A stretch of 64,000 bases of DNA from assembly GCA_963755515.1 (NCBI GenBank), contig CAVWKA010000005.1, forward strand, positions 108,114-172,113. Direction: 5' to 3'. The stretch comes from an uncultured Verrucomicrobiae bacterium. GTDB taxonomy: Bacteria > Verrucomicrobiota > Verrucomicrobiia > Limisphaerales > UBA11358. A program made the translations under genes and the position numbers. Positions 10,401-20,098 of the stretch are shown piece after piece. How positions within the stretch are numbered: position 1 is the first letter of the stretch; each line of letters opens with the position of its first letter. Under the pieces are notes generated by a model. That model was given only the letters and a program-made list of their open reading frames with translations, did no database searches and had not been told where the DNA came from.

Positions 10401-11851
10401 TGAATGCCTCTCTGATGTTTTTGGAAATCTGGGTAATCGCCCTCGGCATCGTGCTGATGCTCGCCGATTTCTTTTTCTGCGTCACCCCCGAACGGAAACG
10501 GTTCCTTGCCTACCTCGGCATCGCCGCCCTCGGAGTCATGTTCCTGGAACTTTTGGGAAGCGGTGTTCCCACCGGAATGGCCTTCCACGGGGCGTTCATC
10601 GAGGATCCCATGGCCATCTTTTTCAAACGGTTCTTCATCATCGCGGCCATTCTCGTCCTGTTCTTGTCCGCGGAGTTTTCGGAAAGCATCCCCGGCGGCA
10701 TCGTGGAGTTTTATTCGCTCATTTTTTTTGCGCTGGCCGGAATGCTCTTCGCCGCCTCCTCCAATGATTTTGTGATGCTGTTCGTTTCCATCGAGCTGAT
10801 CACCGTCACCTTTTACGTGTTGGTCAGTTACCAGCGCGCCAGGCTCCTCTCGCTCGAAGCCGGGGTGAAATATCTCATCATCGGCGCATTGTCTTCCGCT
10901 TTTATGGTTTTCGGCATCGCGTTGATTTGGGGCACGGCCGGAACCATGAATTTCACCGAACTGGCGCGGCTGGCCCCGCAATTCCTTGACAATAAAATCT
11001 TCCTGACGGGCGTCATCTTTTTGCTCGTCGGTCTGGGCTTCAAGATCGCAGCCGTTCCGTTCCAGATCTGGGCGCCGGACGTTTATCAGGGCGCGCCAAC
11101 GCCCACAACCGCCTTTCTGGCCGTTGGGTCCAAAGCGGCGGGATTCGTCCTGCTGCTGCGCGTCTTGTTCACGGCGATTCCCGCCGTCACCGCCCATTGG
11201 GCCGATTTTCTCATCATCGTCTCGGCCCTCACCATCCTTTACGGAAACCTTTGCGCCCTGCCGCAGCGCAATTTGAAGCGATTGCTCGGCTATTCCAGCA
11301 TTTCGCACGCGGGCTATATGCTGTTGGGCGTCGCCGCCATCAGCGCGAGTGGGCAATCCGCCGTGATGTATTACCTCGCCGGCTATTTGTTCACGGTCGT
11401 CGCCGCCTTCACCGTCATCGCGCTGGTCATGCAGCATCTGGACCACGAGGATGTCTCCGCGCTGGCCGGCTTGAACCAGCGTTCGCCCCTCCTGGCAACA
11501 ACGATGACATTCTCGATGGTTTCGCTCGCCGGCGTCCCGCCATTGGCGGGTTTCTTCGGGAAATTTCTCCTGCTCAAGGCTGTCATCGAACAGGGCTTTT
11601 CCACGCCAAACCACGGCTATTATTGCCTGACCTTCGTCGCCCTGGCCGGCGTGCTGATTTCGTTTTATTATTATTTCGGCGTCATCCGCGCCATTTATTG
11701 GAGCAAGGATGCCCGGGACCTTTCGCCGATTCCTCTCTCCGGCGGCGCGAAATTTCTGGCTCTCATTTGCATCGCCGGAATGTTCTGGATTGGAATGTTC
11801 CCGAACACCGTCCTCAATCTCGCCAACGCCGCCGCCTTCGGATTGAAATAA
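10397..11851 (+). CDS. nuoN: NADH-quinone oxidoreductase subunit N
   Basis: EAGVKY and FKIAAVPFQIWAPDVYQGAP motifs. Confidence 0.95.
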   Translation: MMNASLMFLEIWVIALGIVLMLADFFFCVTPERKRFLAYLGIAALGVMFLELLGSGVPTGMAFHGAFIEDPMAIFFKRFFIIAAILVLFLSAEFSESIPGGIVEFYSLIFFALAGMLFAASSNDFVMLFVSIELITVTFYVLVSYQRARLLSLEAGVKYLIIGALSSAFMVFGIALIWGTAGTMNFTELARLAPQFLDNKIFLTGVIFLLVGLGFKIAAVPFQIWAPDVYQGAPTPTTAFLAVGSKAAGFVLLLRVLFTAIPAVTAHWADFLIIVSALTILYGNLCALPQRNLKRLLGYSSISHAGYMLLGVAAISASGQSAVMYYLAGYLFTVVAAFTVIALVMQHLDHEDVSALAGLNQRSPLLATTMTFSMVSLAGVPPLAGFFGKFLLLKAVIEQGFSTPNHGYYCLTFVALAGVLISFYYYFGVIRAIYWSKDARDLSPIPLSGGAKFLALICIAGMFWIGMFPNTVLNLANAAAFGLK

Positions 11852-11865
11852 ACGCGGGCGGTTGC

Positions 11866-12267
11866 TTAAGGAGTCAGAATTTCAATGTCTGGCGCCACGT
11901 GCTGAAAGTGCGACGGGTTGCGCGTCACGATCTGCACCGCCTTCTTGCGGCGCGCAAAGGTCGCATGCAGGGAATCGTAAATTCCCCCGCCCATGACCCC
12001 CCGGCTGTGCGCCTCCCGAATCGCAGTTTCGTAGTCCGCCAACATCAATGCCTCCACCACGACCGAATCCCGCAAACTCAACATCACCTCGGTCGCCGCA
12101 TCCGTCGGCACCTTGTAAAAACCAGTGAGTGTGGCGAAGGTTTCCGCCAATGCATGGGCGTTGGTGAACGGACCCTCGGAATCCTCCAGCGCCGCGAGAC
12201 AAACCCCATGTTCGGAATGCGACTTCAAGACCGCCCCGACCAGAATTCCTGTGTCAAGGAAGGTCAT
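11866..12267 (-). CDS. PIN-domain (VapC-like) toxin
   Basis: FLDTGILV, E, YDSLH and TRN PIN motifs; coupled to an AbrB-like gene. Confidence 0.88.
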   Translation of the reverse strand: MTFLDTGILVGAVLKSHSEHGVCLAALEDSEGPFTNAHALAETFATLTGFYKVPTDAATEVMLSLRDSVVVEALMLADYETAIREAHSRGVMGGGIYDSLHATFARRKKAVQIVTRNPSHFQHVAPDIEILTP

Positions 12268-12512
12268 CGGATGTAGTGGCGGGCTTGTTCGACCGCATCC
12301 TCAATCGGCGTGGCCGGGACCGCGCCCGTCCAGACCTTTAGCTTGCCGCGTTTAATGATGTGGCCGGAAGCATTGGGCTCCATTTCCAAAACGATGCGCC
12401 CCGGCGTCGCGGAGACCAACAGTTTCTGTCTCCGTGGAATTCCGGCTGCCCGGCGCAGCTCCCGCGAAAGCACGATTCGGTTTGAGGCATCAAGTGCAAT
12501 TATAGTTTTCAT
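12264..12512 (-). CDS. AbrB/MazE-family antitoxin (VapB-like)
   Basis: 'LDASNRIVLSRELR' AbrB-type N-terminus; ATGA overlap with the PIN gene. Confidence 0.82.
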   Translation of the reverse strand: MKTIIALDASNRIVLSRELRRAAGIPRRQKLLVSATPGRIVLEMEPNASGHIIKRGKLKVWTGAVPATPIEDAVEQARHYIR

Positions 12513-12555
12513 GCCATGATTATGGCGCGGTAGTGGCGCGTTTGCAAGATTTCAT

Positions 12556-15500
12556 TCACTTGAGCACCCGGAACTTGTGCGTCCACGGATCAATCCGGCA
12601 GGCGGGGCTGTAGTCGCAATAGCCGCACGGCTTTTGGTTCCCTTTGCGATAGGGATTCACGTTCGCCACCCCCGCAAAAATAGCCCTGCCGAATTCACGC
12701 AACTGGGTTTCCACACGGTCGAGCAAATTCTGAAACGCCTCATGCGGCAGGGCTTCAATTGAATTCGCATACAGCTTGCCCCCGTCCGTTAAACGATAAT
12801 GGAACTGGTCCCGCGCGCCTTTGCCATCCAATCGGTCCAACGCCGCGGCGTCAAACCTTCCGGTGTGGCGATAGGCCGCCCGCCGCGCTTCATCGCGCCC
12901 GGCCAGCACCTCGTCGCGCGAGTCCCCATTCTCAAATTGGCCCCGAAGGTTGACGTAAAATACGCCCGCGGGATTCAGTTCTTTCACGCCAAAAATGTCC
13001 CGGGGATTTTTCCAATGCCGGAGTACGCTCAAGTACGCCAGCAATTGCAACTGAATTCCATGCTCCACCAACAGCGGCTCCAGCTTCTTCTCGCTGGATT
13101 TATAGTCCAAAACGATTGCCAGTGCGTTCCCGTTGCTTTCCCGGCACAAATCCACCCGGTCAATGCGTCCGTTCAACGCCAATTTCCCGTCTTTTCCCAA
13201 ATCAATTTCCCACGCCGTCTGCGGCGATTCTTTGCTCCCGAAACTTAATTCCGCCGCAACCGGTTCAAATTCATTTTGCTCGCGCAGCCAGGTCACGGTC
13301 ACGGCCGCAAAATCCTGCAACGATTCCGCCAGCGCGCGCGCCGCGAAACGCGATTGCGCGGTCTCGTTGAAAAGTCCGAGGCGGTATTCCTCAATCACTC
13401 TTTCAGATATTTTGGCGACCCGGTCGCGGGCCTCTTGCGGCGTCAAATCGCGCCAGCGTTTGCCTTCGGCGGCGGTTTGCTCGTGAAACCTTTTCAAAAT
13501 GTCGTGCTGAAAACTGCCGCGTTCACGCGCGTCCAACTCAAAAATCTTCCTCTCTTCCGCGCGCAAACCGCTGCTGACGAAAAACCGGAACGGACATGAC
13601 GCAAATTCCTCCAGCCGGTTGACGGAAGTCCGCAGAACTGGCCCATAAAGCTTGCCGGCGATTGGCGGCGACAGGTTTTCTTCGCCATCAGGCTCGCGCA
13701 ACTGCTTCAAATTTTCCACCAGACGCTTCAAGGCAGGCAACCGGAGCAATTCAGATGCGCCCGCCGTGTCGCCCTCTCCTCCGATTCCTGTCGGAGGAGA
13801 GGGCTGGGGAGAGGAGGTGATTCCAAAAAATCCCTCCATTTTAATTCCCCCGTGCCCTTCCGCCCTGTCCTTCCCTTTCGTCCCTTCCGCTCCATGGGAA
13901 GGAGCAGGATTAAGAATGCGCTCACAAGCCGGGGCCATGAGAAGAAGCTCGCGCCCGGCCGCCGCAAATTCGTTGAGGCTCTCCACCTCCGCCAAACCAG
14001 GTTCGTTTTGGAACTCCTCAATCTCCAGGCCGGGGAAGATTTTCCCCAGATGCGCCACGAATGGCGATGGATTCAAGATGGAGCCATCTTCACCGCTGCG
14101 CGAAAATGTCAACGCCAGTTTCTCACTCGCGCGGGTGCAGGCTATGTAACCGTAAAAGCGCTCGCGCGAAATTTGCGCGCGCAAATCCGGCCCCAGGGGA
14201 ATTGGCAATTCGGCGCGGTCGGTCTCGGTCAAAATTACCGGCGCCGCCGGCGCCGCCGGGAAAACGGTTTCATTGACGCCCAGGACGATTGCCAGTTTCA
14301 AGTCCGGGTTTCGCGCCCGGTCAATGGCGCCAATCAAAACCTCATCCAAAACCGGCGGAATGACGCCCACGGTCAGGTTGGCCAGGCCCGATTCGATAAT
14401 CGGCAGCCAGTCGCGCAAGGGCAGGCCTTTATTCGAAAAACCAAGTTCGAGGTTGTCGAGCAGGGCATTCATTTGCTCCAGAACCGATGCATGAATTGCC
14501 GATGGCCGATTCCCGATTGCCAACGGGGCTTCACCGGATGTGCTCCAACGCTCCAAAGTTTTTCCGACCTCCAATTCATCCCAAAGTCGGCGGAAAATTC
14601 CCGCCAGTTGGCTCCCATCAGGCTCAAACTGGCGCCTCGCCAAATGGCCGTAAAAATTTTCAAACGGCGGGAGGATTTTCTTTCGCAATCGCTCGAAGGA
14701 CTCGTCGGGCAGCGGTTCACGCCACTTTTTGCCGCGCCAGCCGAATTCCAGCGCGGCGTTTTCCAGACGGTCAATTTCCGTTTCCTCCACCGGGCAAAAC
14801 CCGGCCTTAAGCGCGGAAAATAAGTCGTCATTTTCCCAATCGGAGACCGCCGTCCGCAGCGCGCCGCGCGTCAGTTCAGCCATTGGGTGATGCGCCACGC
14901 TCTCGCGCTGGTCGAGAAAAAAGGGAATCTGGTACCGGCGAAATACCCGGCCCAGCGGCCGATGATAACTTTCCAAGCCGCGGACCAGGATTGCGCAATC
15001 GCGAAAACGGTTTCCCGCGCGGACAAATTTCAACAATTCCCGCGCCGCCAAGACCGCTTCCGCCTCGGGATTGGCGCAGGAATGTATTGAAATGGAGGAA
15101 GATCCGCCGGCAGCCTTTCCAGAGTCGCTGCGCGTTTGCCAATGTTGTTCCAAGGAGCGCAACGCCGGGCTTTTGGAGAACCGGTTCCTTTCGGAATTGA
15201 AAGGCAATATCTGAATTTCAATTTTGGCTTCCGGCAGGGCTTCAACCCTCCGGCGGCAGCTTTGAAATGTTTGCCGGACGGTATTCCACATTGAAAGCCA
15301 TGACTCCTCGTTCTCCGTCGCATTCTCTTCATCAAGACAAAACGCCAGGGTGGCGCTTTCGCAAAACGGCAAAACCGCGGCCAATAAATCCAATTCCTGC
15401 GGCGTCATTTCGGCAAAACCATCCAGATATAAACTGTCAATCCTCAGTTTTGGATTTTCAGCCTCACGAAGAGCGGCCGCCGCTAAATCCAGGAGGCAGT

Positions 15501-16038
15501 TGGCGTCTTGTACCTTCTTTTCGGCAAGCCACGCCGAATAATTTCCCTGAAGCGCCGACAAATCCTCCAGCTTCTCGCGCAGTTCAGACCGGACCTTCCG
15601 GCTTTGCGCCAGAGCGCGGAGTTTGACAGGGGTGACTTGATGCTGCTGCAATTCACGAAGCAGCAGGCTCAATTGCCGGGCAAATCCCGGACGTCGCGCG
15701 CTCCGGTGAAACACCTTCAACTCCGTCCCAGGCCCCGACAGCAGCGCGCGCAAAACCATCACGCGGCCGTCATCGGATAAAAGCGGCGGCGGCGCGGCCT
15801 CCAGTGTTTCAAAGACAAAGCGCGCCAGCCGTTCAAAAGACAAAATGTGCAGCCGCGCAAAGCCGCTCAGCGAATCATCGGCCAGCAATTGGCGTTCCAG
15901 TTGGAACGTTGCCTGTTTGGGCGCAAGAAAAACAAGCGGCGGTCCCCCGGCATTTCTCTTGAGCAAATCGCGGATTTCGGCCAGGCAGCGGGTCGTCTTG
16001 CCGCTGCCGGCCGCGCCCAAAAGAAATCGCGCGCGCAT
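12556..16038 (-). CDS. addB: ATP-dependent helicase/nuclease subunit B (AddB-like, PD-(D/E)xK nuclease)
   Basis: GAAGSGKT, PKQATF, LDGF, SCPFRFF, GRIDRVD..LDYKS, QLLAY and C-terminal CGYCDY..AC Fe-S staple. Confidence 0.9.
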   Translation of the reverse strand: MRARFLLGAAGSGKTTRCLAEIRDLLKRNAGGPPLVFLAPKQATFQLERQLLADDSLSGFARLHILSFERLARFVFETLEAAPPPLLSDDGRVMVLRALLSGPGTELKVFHRSARRPGFARQLSLLLRELQQHQVTPVKLRALAQSRKVRSELREKLEDLSALQGNYSAWLAEKKVQDANCLLDLAAAALREAENPKLRIDSLYLDGFAEMTPQELDLLAAVLPFCESATLAFCLDEENATENEESWLSMWNTVRQTFQSCRRRVEALPEAKIEIQILPFNSERNRFSKSPALRSLEQHWQTRSDSGKAAGGSSSISIHSCANPEAEAVLAARELLKFVRAGNRFRDCAILVRGLESYHRPLGRVFRRYQIPFFLDQRESVAHHPMAELTRGALRTAVSDWENDDLFSALKAGFCPVEETEIDRLENAALEFGWRGKKWREPLPDESFERLRKKILPPFENFYGHLARRQFEPDGSQLAGIFRRLWDELEVGKTLERWSTSGEAPLAIGNRPSAIHASVLEQMNALLDNLELGFSNKGLPLRDWLPIIESGLANLTVGVIPPVLDEVLIGAIDRARNPDLKLAIVLGVNETVFPAAPAAPVILTETDRAELPIPLGPDLRAQISRERFYGYIACTRASEKLALTFSRSGEDGSILNPSPFVAHLGKIFPGLEIEEFQNEPGLAEVESLNEFAAAGRELLLMAPACERILNPAPSHGAEGTKGKDRAEGHGGIKMEGFFGITSSPQPSPPTGIGGEGDTAGASELLRLPALKRLVENLKQLREPDGEENLSPPIAGKLYGPVLRTSVNRLEEFASCPFRFFVSSGLRAEERKIFELDARERGSFQHDILKRFHEQTAAEGKRWRDLTPQEARDRVAKISERVIEEYRLGLFNETAQSRFAARALAESLQDFAAVTVTWLREQNEFEPVAAELSFGSKESPQTAWEIDLGKDGKLALNGRIDRVDLCRESNGNALAIVLDYKSSEKKLEPLLVEHGIQLQLLAYLSVLRHWKNPRDIFGVKELNPAGVFYVNLRGQFENGDSRDEVLAGRDEARRAAYRHTGRFDAAALDRLDGKGARDQFHYRLTDGGKLYANSIEALPHEAFQNLLDRVETQLREFGRAIFAGVANVNPYRKGNQKPCGYCDYSPACRIDPWTHKFRVLK
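13771..13804. repeat. perfect 14-bp palindromic element inside addB
   Basis: gccctctcctccga-ttcctg-tcggaggagagggc. Confidence 0.85.
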
Positions 16039-16153
16039 GGGGAATTTTTAACGCAAAGACCCGAAGACGCAAAGAGCCAAAGCATAATTTTATTTCCTTC
16101 CGGCCAAAAATACTTATAATTTTTGGCTGTCGCGAAGAAAAATCATTCAAATT

Positions 16154-17119
16154 ATGCCACTGACTCACACGCGGGATTTGTTTGCCAAGGCCTTGAAGGG
16201 AAAATACGCGCTCGGCGCCTTCAACGTGAACAACATGGAACTGCTGCAAGCCATCATCGAGGCGTGCGAAGAGGAAAAAGCGCCGGTCATGCTCCAAATT
16301 TCCAAGGGCGCGCGGCAATATGCCAACCCGGTCTATCTCAAAAAACTCATCGAAGCCGCCGTCAGCCTCTCCAACATTCCCATCGCCGTGCATCTGGACC
16401 ACGGCGACACTTACGAGCTTTGCAAACAGTGCATTGACGAAGGCTTTACCAGCGTGATGATTGACGCCAGCCACGAGCCATTCGCCAAAAACGTCGAAAT
16501 CACCAAAAAAGTCGTCGAATATGCGCATAAACATGATTGCGTCGTCGAGTCGGAGCTGGGCCATTTGGTCGGCGCGCAATTCGATGAAGGCGAAGAAGGC
16601 GGCGCGCATTCCACCAGCGGACATTACACCGAGCCGGATGAAGCGGTGCAATTCGTCAAGGAAACGGGGTGCGACTCCCTGGCCGTGGCGATTGGCAACT
16701 CCCACGGCGCTTATAAGTTCAAAGGCTCGCAGCATTTGGACCTCGAACGCCTCAAGTTGATTAAAAAAGCGCTGCTGGACGCCGGCCTAGGCGATTATCC
16801 GCTGGTGCTGCACGGAGCTTCCAGCGTGCCGAAAGATTTGGCCGAGGAAATCAACAAATACGGAGGCAAGCTCGGCGCCGACACCGCCGGCGTGCCGGAA
16901 GCGGACATTGAAATCGCGCGGCGCGTCGGTTGCACCAAGGTGAACATTGACACCGATTTGCGCCTGGCCATGACGGCGGCCATCCGAAAAGTCTTTGCTG
17001 AAAATCCGAAGGAATTCGATCCGCGCAAGTTCCTTGGCCCGGCCCGGACCAAAGTAAAAGAGCTTGTCCGGCACAAAGTCAAAAACGTCCTCTGCTGCGC
17101 CGGCCACGCCTTTGATTGA
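16154..17119 (+). CDS. fba: class II fructose-bisphosphate aldolase
   Basis: HLDHG, AIGNSHGAYK, LVLHGAS, KVNIDTD and FDPRK motifs. Confidence 0.95.
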   Translation: MPLTHTRDLFAKALKGKYALGAFNVNNMELLQAIIEACEEEKAPVMLQISKGARQYANPVYLKKLIEAAVSLSNIPIAVHLDHGDTYELCKQCIDEGFTSVMIDASHEPFAKNVEITKKVVEYAHKHDCVVESELGHLVGAQFDEGEEGGAHSTSGHYTEPDEAVQFVKETGCDSLAVAIGNSHGAYKFKGSQHLDLERLKLIKKALLDAGLGDYPLVLHGASSVPKDLAEEINKYGGKLGADTAGVPEADIEIARRVGCTKVNIDTDLRLAMTAAIRKVFAENPKEFDPRKFLGPARTKVKELVRHKVKNVLCCAGHAFD

Positions 17120-17228
17120 TCCCTTACAGTTGTGCAATCCTGTCCCTTGTGGCGTGACATTTTTGCACAAATCCCTCCGCCATTGTCCTCCTTCATTCGG
17201 TTTCTCCATTATTTTTTTGCAAAAATGA

Positions 17229-17246
17229 TTGGCACGCACGAAGCTA
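17229..17246 (+). promoter_or_regulatory. candidate sigma54 (-24/-12) promoter upstream of hsp20
   Basis: ttGGcacgcacgaaGCta: TGGCAC plus GG-N10-GC spacing, about 40 bp before the ATG. Confidence 0.4.
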
Positions 17247-17287
17247 ATTAAAGGAGGTCAAAGAAACCATGTAACGAAAGGATCATT

Positions 17288-17728
17288 ATGAAACTGACAC
17301 GAGTAGCAACTTGGCCGACCCTGGGTCGGCTGACGGATTTGCGCGAGGAGATTGACCGTCTCTTCGAGGCGCCATTGGCGCGCACATCCGAGTTCCTGGG
17401 CTGGACGCCGGCGTTTGACGTTTTTGAAGAAAAAGACAACTTCATCGTCAAGGTCGAGTTGCCCGGCATGAAAAAGGAAGACATCAACGTTTCGCTTCAT
17501 GACGGCAGCCTGATTATTTCCGGCGAACGGCAGAACGAAACACACAGTGAAGGCACCGAAGTGTATCGCGCCGAGCGGTATTTCGGAAAATTCCAACGGG
17601 CGGTGACCTTGCCGGCCACCGTGGCTGCGGACAAGGTGAAGGCCCAATACAAGGACGGCGTCCTGACCGTCACGCTTCCCAAGAGCGAAGAAGCCAAGCC
17701 GAAACAGATTGCCGTCAACGTGAGTTGA
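17288..17728 (+). CDS. Hsp20/alpha-crystallin small heat shock protein
   Basis: ELPGMKKEDI, ERYFGKFQR, YKDGVLTVTLPK and C-terminal IxV motifs. Confidence 0.95.
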   Translation: MKLTRVATWPTLGRLTDLREEIDRLFEAPLARTSEFLGWTPAFDVFEEKDNFIVKVELPGMKKEDINVSLHDGSLIISGERQNETHSEGTEVYRAERYFGKFQRAVTLPATVAADKVKAQYKDGVLTVTLPKSEEAKPKQIAVNVS

Positions 17729-17736
17729 CCGGAGGA

Positions 17737-17778
17737 AATACTGTAGCCATGCAACCGCATGGCTACAGTATTGTTTTT
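17737..17778 (+). terminator. rho-independent terminator after hsp20
   Basis: 16-bp stem aatactgtagccatgc-aacc-gcatggctacagtatt followed by gttttt. Confidence 0.85.
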
Positions 17779-18061
17779 CACACATTCGCGGTTCGTTTTT
17801 TCTCTTCCTTGTCTGCTTTGTTCCTTTGCTGTTCAAAATCGTCCTGGCCCCATTTTTCTTTTGTGCGTTTTGCGCATTTTTGCGGCTAAAAACCCCGGCC
17901 CGCTTTGCGTGATCTGCGCCCATTTTCGTTATCCGCAGTTTCCCAGAGGTCGCGTCAACGTGTGAAATTCGCGGTTCATTTCCCGTTTTCCGTTCCCTTT
18001 TTGGGCTTTTTTGTTTTGCATTTTTGGCGGGAAAATGGCTTATTGTTCGGCTCGCAGCCGT

Positions 18062-18147
18062 GGTAGGTTACCCAAGTGGCCAACGGGGGCAGACTGTAAA
18101 TCTGCTGGCTTACGCCTTCGATGGTTCGAATCCATCACCTACCACCA
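18062..18147 (+). tRNA. tRNA-Tyr(GUA)
   Basis: GGTAGGT...GCAGA CTGTAAA TCTGC...GGTTCGAATCC..ACCTACC A CCA; long variable arm. Confidence 0.96.
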
Positions 18148-18407
18148 CTTCAAAAACAAAGGGAAAACTCCACTTTTAGTCAATGTTTTCAATGTGACGT
18201 TAAATTCTCCGTCTTTGGATTTGTGCGCTTTTGTGCTTTTACCGTCTTTTGCCTCCCCGTCCAAACCGGTGCTAGAAAAGCATACAATGATTTTGGCGCG
18301 GCAATTACACCAGACACACGCAAAACGCGCGTCCAGCGAACTGAACGCTTTCCTATCGGTTTCGTCTAACGTATGATTCGGTAGATTCTTTGCGGGAAAG
18401 AAAACAA

Positions 18408-19175
18408 ATGAAATTCGATTTTTCAGAACAATTTCAAAATTTATTGCACGCGCCAGTTGTGGAAGCGGTAATTGATTTTCGGGCAAAGCCGACGATTCCC
18501 TGTGATCAGGCTCAATTTGAAACTTATTTCAAAACGGAGTTCCAAGATTTTCCGATGGTTCAGGTCCACAACCAACTGAATTATCAATTGAAAGCCAAAG
18601 CAGACGGGCAACCCGAACCGGCACAAGCCACGAGTAGTTGGCATGGATTAGTTTTTCAGTCATCTGATAAATTAAGGATTGTTCAGTGTCAGCGAGATGG
18701 TTTTTCATTCAGTAGATTACCACCGTATGCCTCTTGGGATTTATTTGCAGGAGAAGCGTTAGCGCTTTGGCAAAAATATGCCACCTTGACAAAGCCCTCG
18801 GAGATTCAACGGCTGGGTGTGCGCTTTATCAATCGGATCGTAATGAAGCCAGAATGGCCAGACCTTGAGGATTATCTGACAAATGCTCCGCAGCCGTTAG
18901 CGGGCGGTGCGTTTCCCATGGTCAGCTTTTTCCATAGCAACACGTTTTTTGTTTCAGATCGAAATTACTTGATCAATCTCAATTTGGCGCTGCAACCGGC
19001 AGGTGGAGCAAACCCAACGTCAGCGATTATTGTTGATACCGATGTGTTCACGACAAACGCCCTAAATTTGGCGGAAAACACGTTGGACATTAAACTCAAG
19101 GAAATGCGCTGGTTGAAAAACAAGATTTTCTTTGCTAGTTTAACCTCGAAACTTATAGAATCACTAAAAGTATGA
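18408..19175 (+). CDS. TIGR04255-like protein
   Basis: 'APVVEAVIDFR', 'PPYASWD' and 'RLGVRFINRI' motifs typical of this family. Confidence 0.8.
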   Translation: MKFDFSEQFQNLLHAPVVEAVIDFRAKPTIPCDQAQFETYFKTEFQDFPMVQVHNQLNYQLKAKADGQPEPAQATSSWHGLVFQSSDKLRIVQCQRDGFSFSRLPPYASWDLFAGEALALWQKYATLTKPSEIQRLGVRFINRIVMKPEWPDLEDYLTNAPQPLAGGAFPMVSFFHSNTFFVSDRNYLINLNLALQPAGGANPTSAIIVDTDVFTTNALNLAENTLDIKLKEMRWLKNKIFFASLTSKLIESLKV

Positions 19176-19672
19176 CGATTCCTGCTGAAATTACGCTCTC
19201 CGTTGCTTCGGCTTCGGGGTCAATCGCTTCACGCGCCGCCAGCCCAACTGCCTGTTATATTCTCGCCGAATCTCGGCTGACTCGCGAGCGACTCCAAAAA
19301 TCCATATTTCTTGGATTAGGCAGCGAGGTGTTCAACGAACTGTTTGATGTTTCTGAAAACTGCAAACAGCCAGGTTGGGATGGTGATTCTGCCGAGCCTG
19401 TTTCTCACGATACTTTTTTGAACGCATTTCGTTTTTTGGAATCACTCCCATTTGGTATTCAAAAGCCTTCCGTTGGCGTCGAACCGGACGGTCACATCAC
19501 ATTGGAATGGTATAAATCGCCTCGGCACACGCTTTCTGCCAGTGTCAGCCCGGATGGATTTTTGTATTATTCTGCTCTCATGGGGCTGCGTAAGACCAAT
19601 GGCTCTGAACCGTTTTTTGGTGAAGTGCCCAAAATTATCTTGGAGTTGATTGGTAAAGTTTACGCCGAATGA
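19172..19672 (+). CDS. hypothetical protein with GWDG..A.P motif (putative antitoxin/partner)
   Basis: ATGA-coupled to both neighbours; 'GWDGDSAEP' and 'PDGHITLEW' motifs. Confidence 0.7.
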   Translation: MTIPAEITLSVASASGSIASRAASPTACYILAESRLTRERLQKSIFLGLGSEVFNELFDVSENCKQPGWDGDSAEPVSHDTFLNAFRFLESLPFGIQKPSVGVEPDGHITLEWYKSPRHTLSASVSPDGFLYYSALMGLRKTNGSEPFFGEVPKIILELIGKVYAE

Positions 19673-20061
19673 ATGGGGCCGCTGGGAATCCACTATCAGA
19701 TGACGAAATGCTCGCGCGCTTCGTCTTGAAAAAAGAGTGGATTCGCCCGGACAGCACCATCAAGCAGGACGCCTTCATACCTCCGAAAGATTTACAGCTA
19801 TCCGTTACACGTCATGCTGGAATTTCAACGGAACAGCTAATTGAGACGGGTAAGTCTATCGCAGCCGAAACATCTCTTGAATTTTTCGGTAGAGCAGACA
19901 TTGAAACCAGAGCGGTCGTCAAAAATGCTTTGAAAGCCGTGGCTTGGCCCCTTACAAATAATCCAAACCACGCTCATGTCGTTGGTTGGCCAGCCGACAA
20001 GGAAGCGCGAAAAACAATCGCTCAGGAACTGGCTGCGTCCACGGTATTTGTTCCTGCTTAA
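19669..20061 (+). CDS. hypothetical protein, putative ADP-ribosyltransferase/RES-like fold toxin
   Basis: 130 aa; R (LARFV), S (LSVTR) and H (NHAHVVGW) spacing reminiscent of ART/RES-like catalytic strands; coupled to the upstream gene. Function is inference. Confidence 0.55.
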   Translation: MNGAAGNPLSDDEMLARFVLKKEWIRPDSTIKQDAFIPPKDLQLSVTRHAGISTEQLIETGKSIAAETSLEFFGRADIETRAVVKNALKAVAWPLTNNPNHAHVVGWPADKEARKTIAQELAASTVFVPA

Positions 20062-20098
20062 TTCAACCCCCCAAGTTTGGCCAATTCTCTGTATCTTG

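Noticed and set aside
1853..11614. Long antisense ORFs opposite the nuo genes (e.g. 2644-3852, 10295-11614)
   Set aside because: Shadow ORFs expected from GC-rich codon bias opposite real genes
17780..18020. Repetitive T-rich tract as a CRISPR array or ncRNA
   Set aside because: Only short degenerate 9-10-mer motifs (ttttgtgcg/ttttgcg) with no constant repeat-spacer period; no cas genes
18148..18400. Prophage/ICE integrase or attR at tRNA-Tyr
   Set aside because: No recombinase ORF and no second copy of the tRNA 3' end seen
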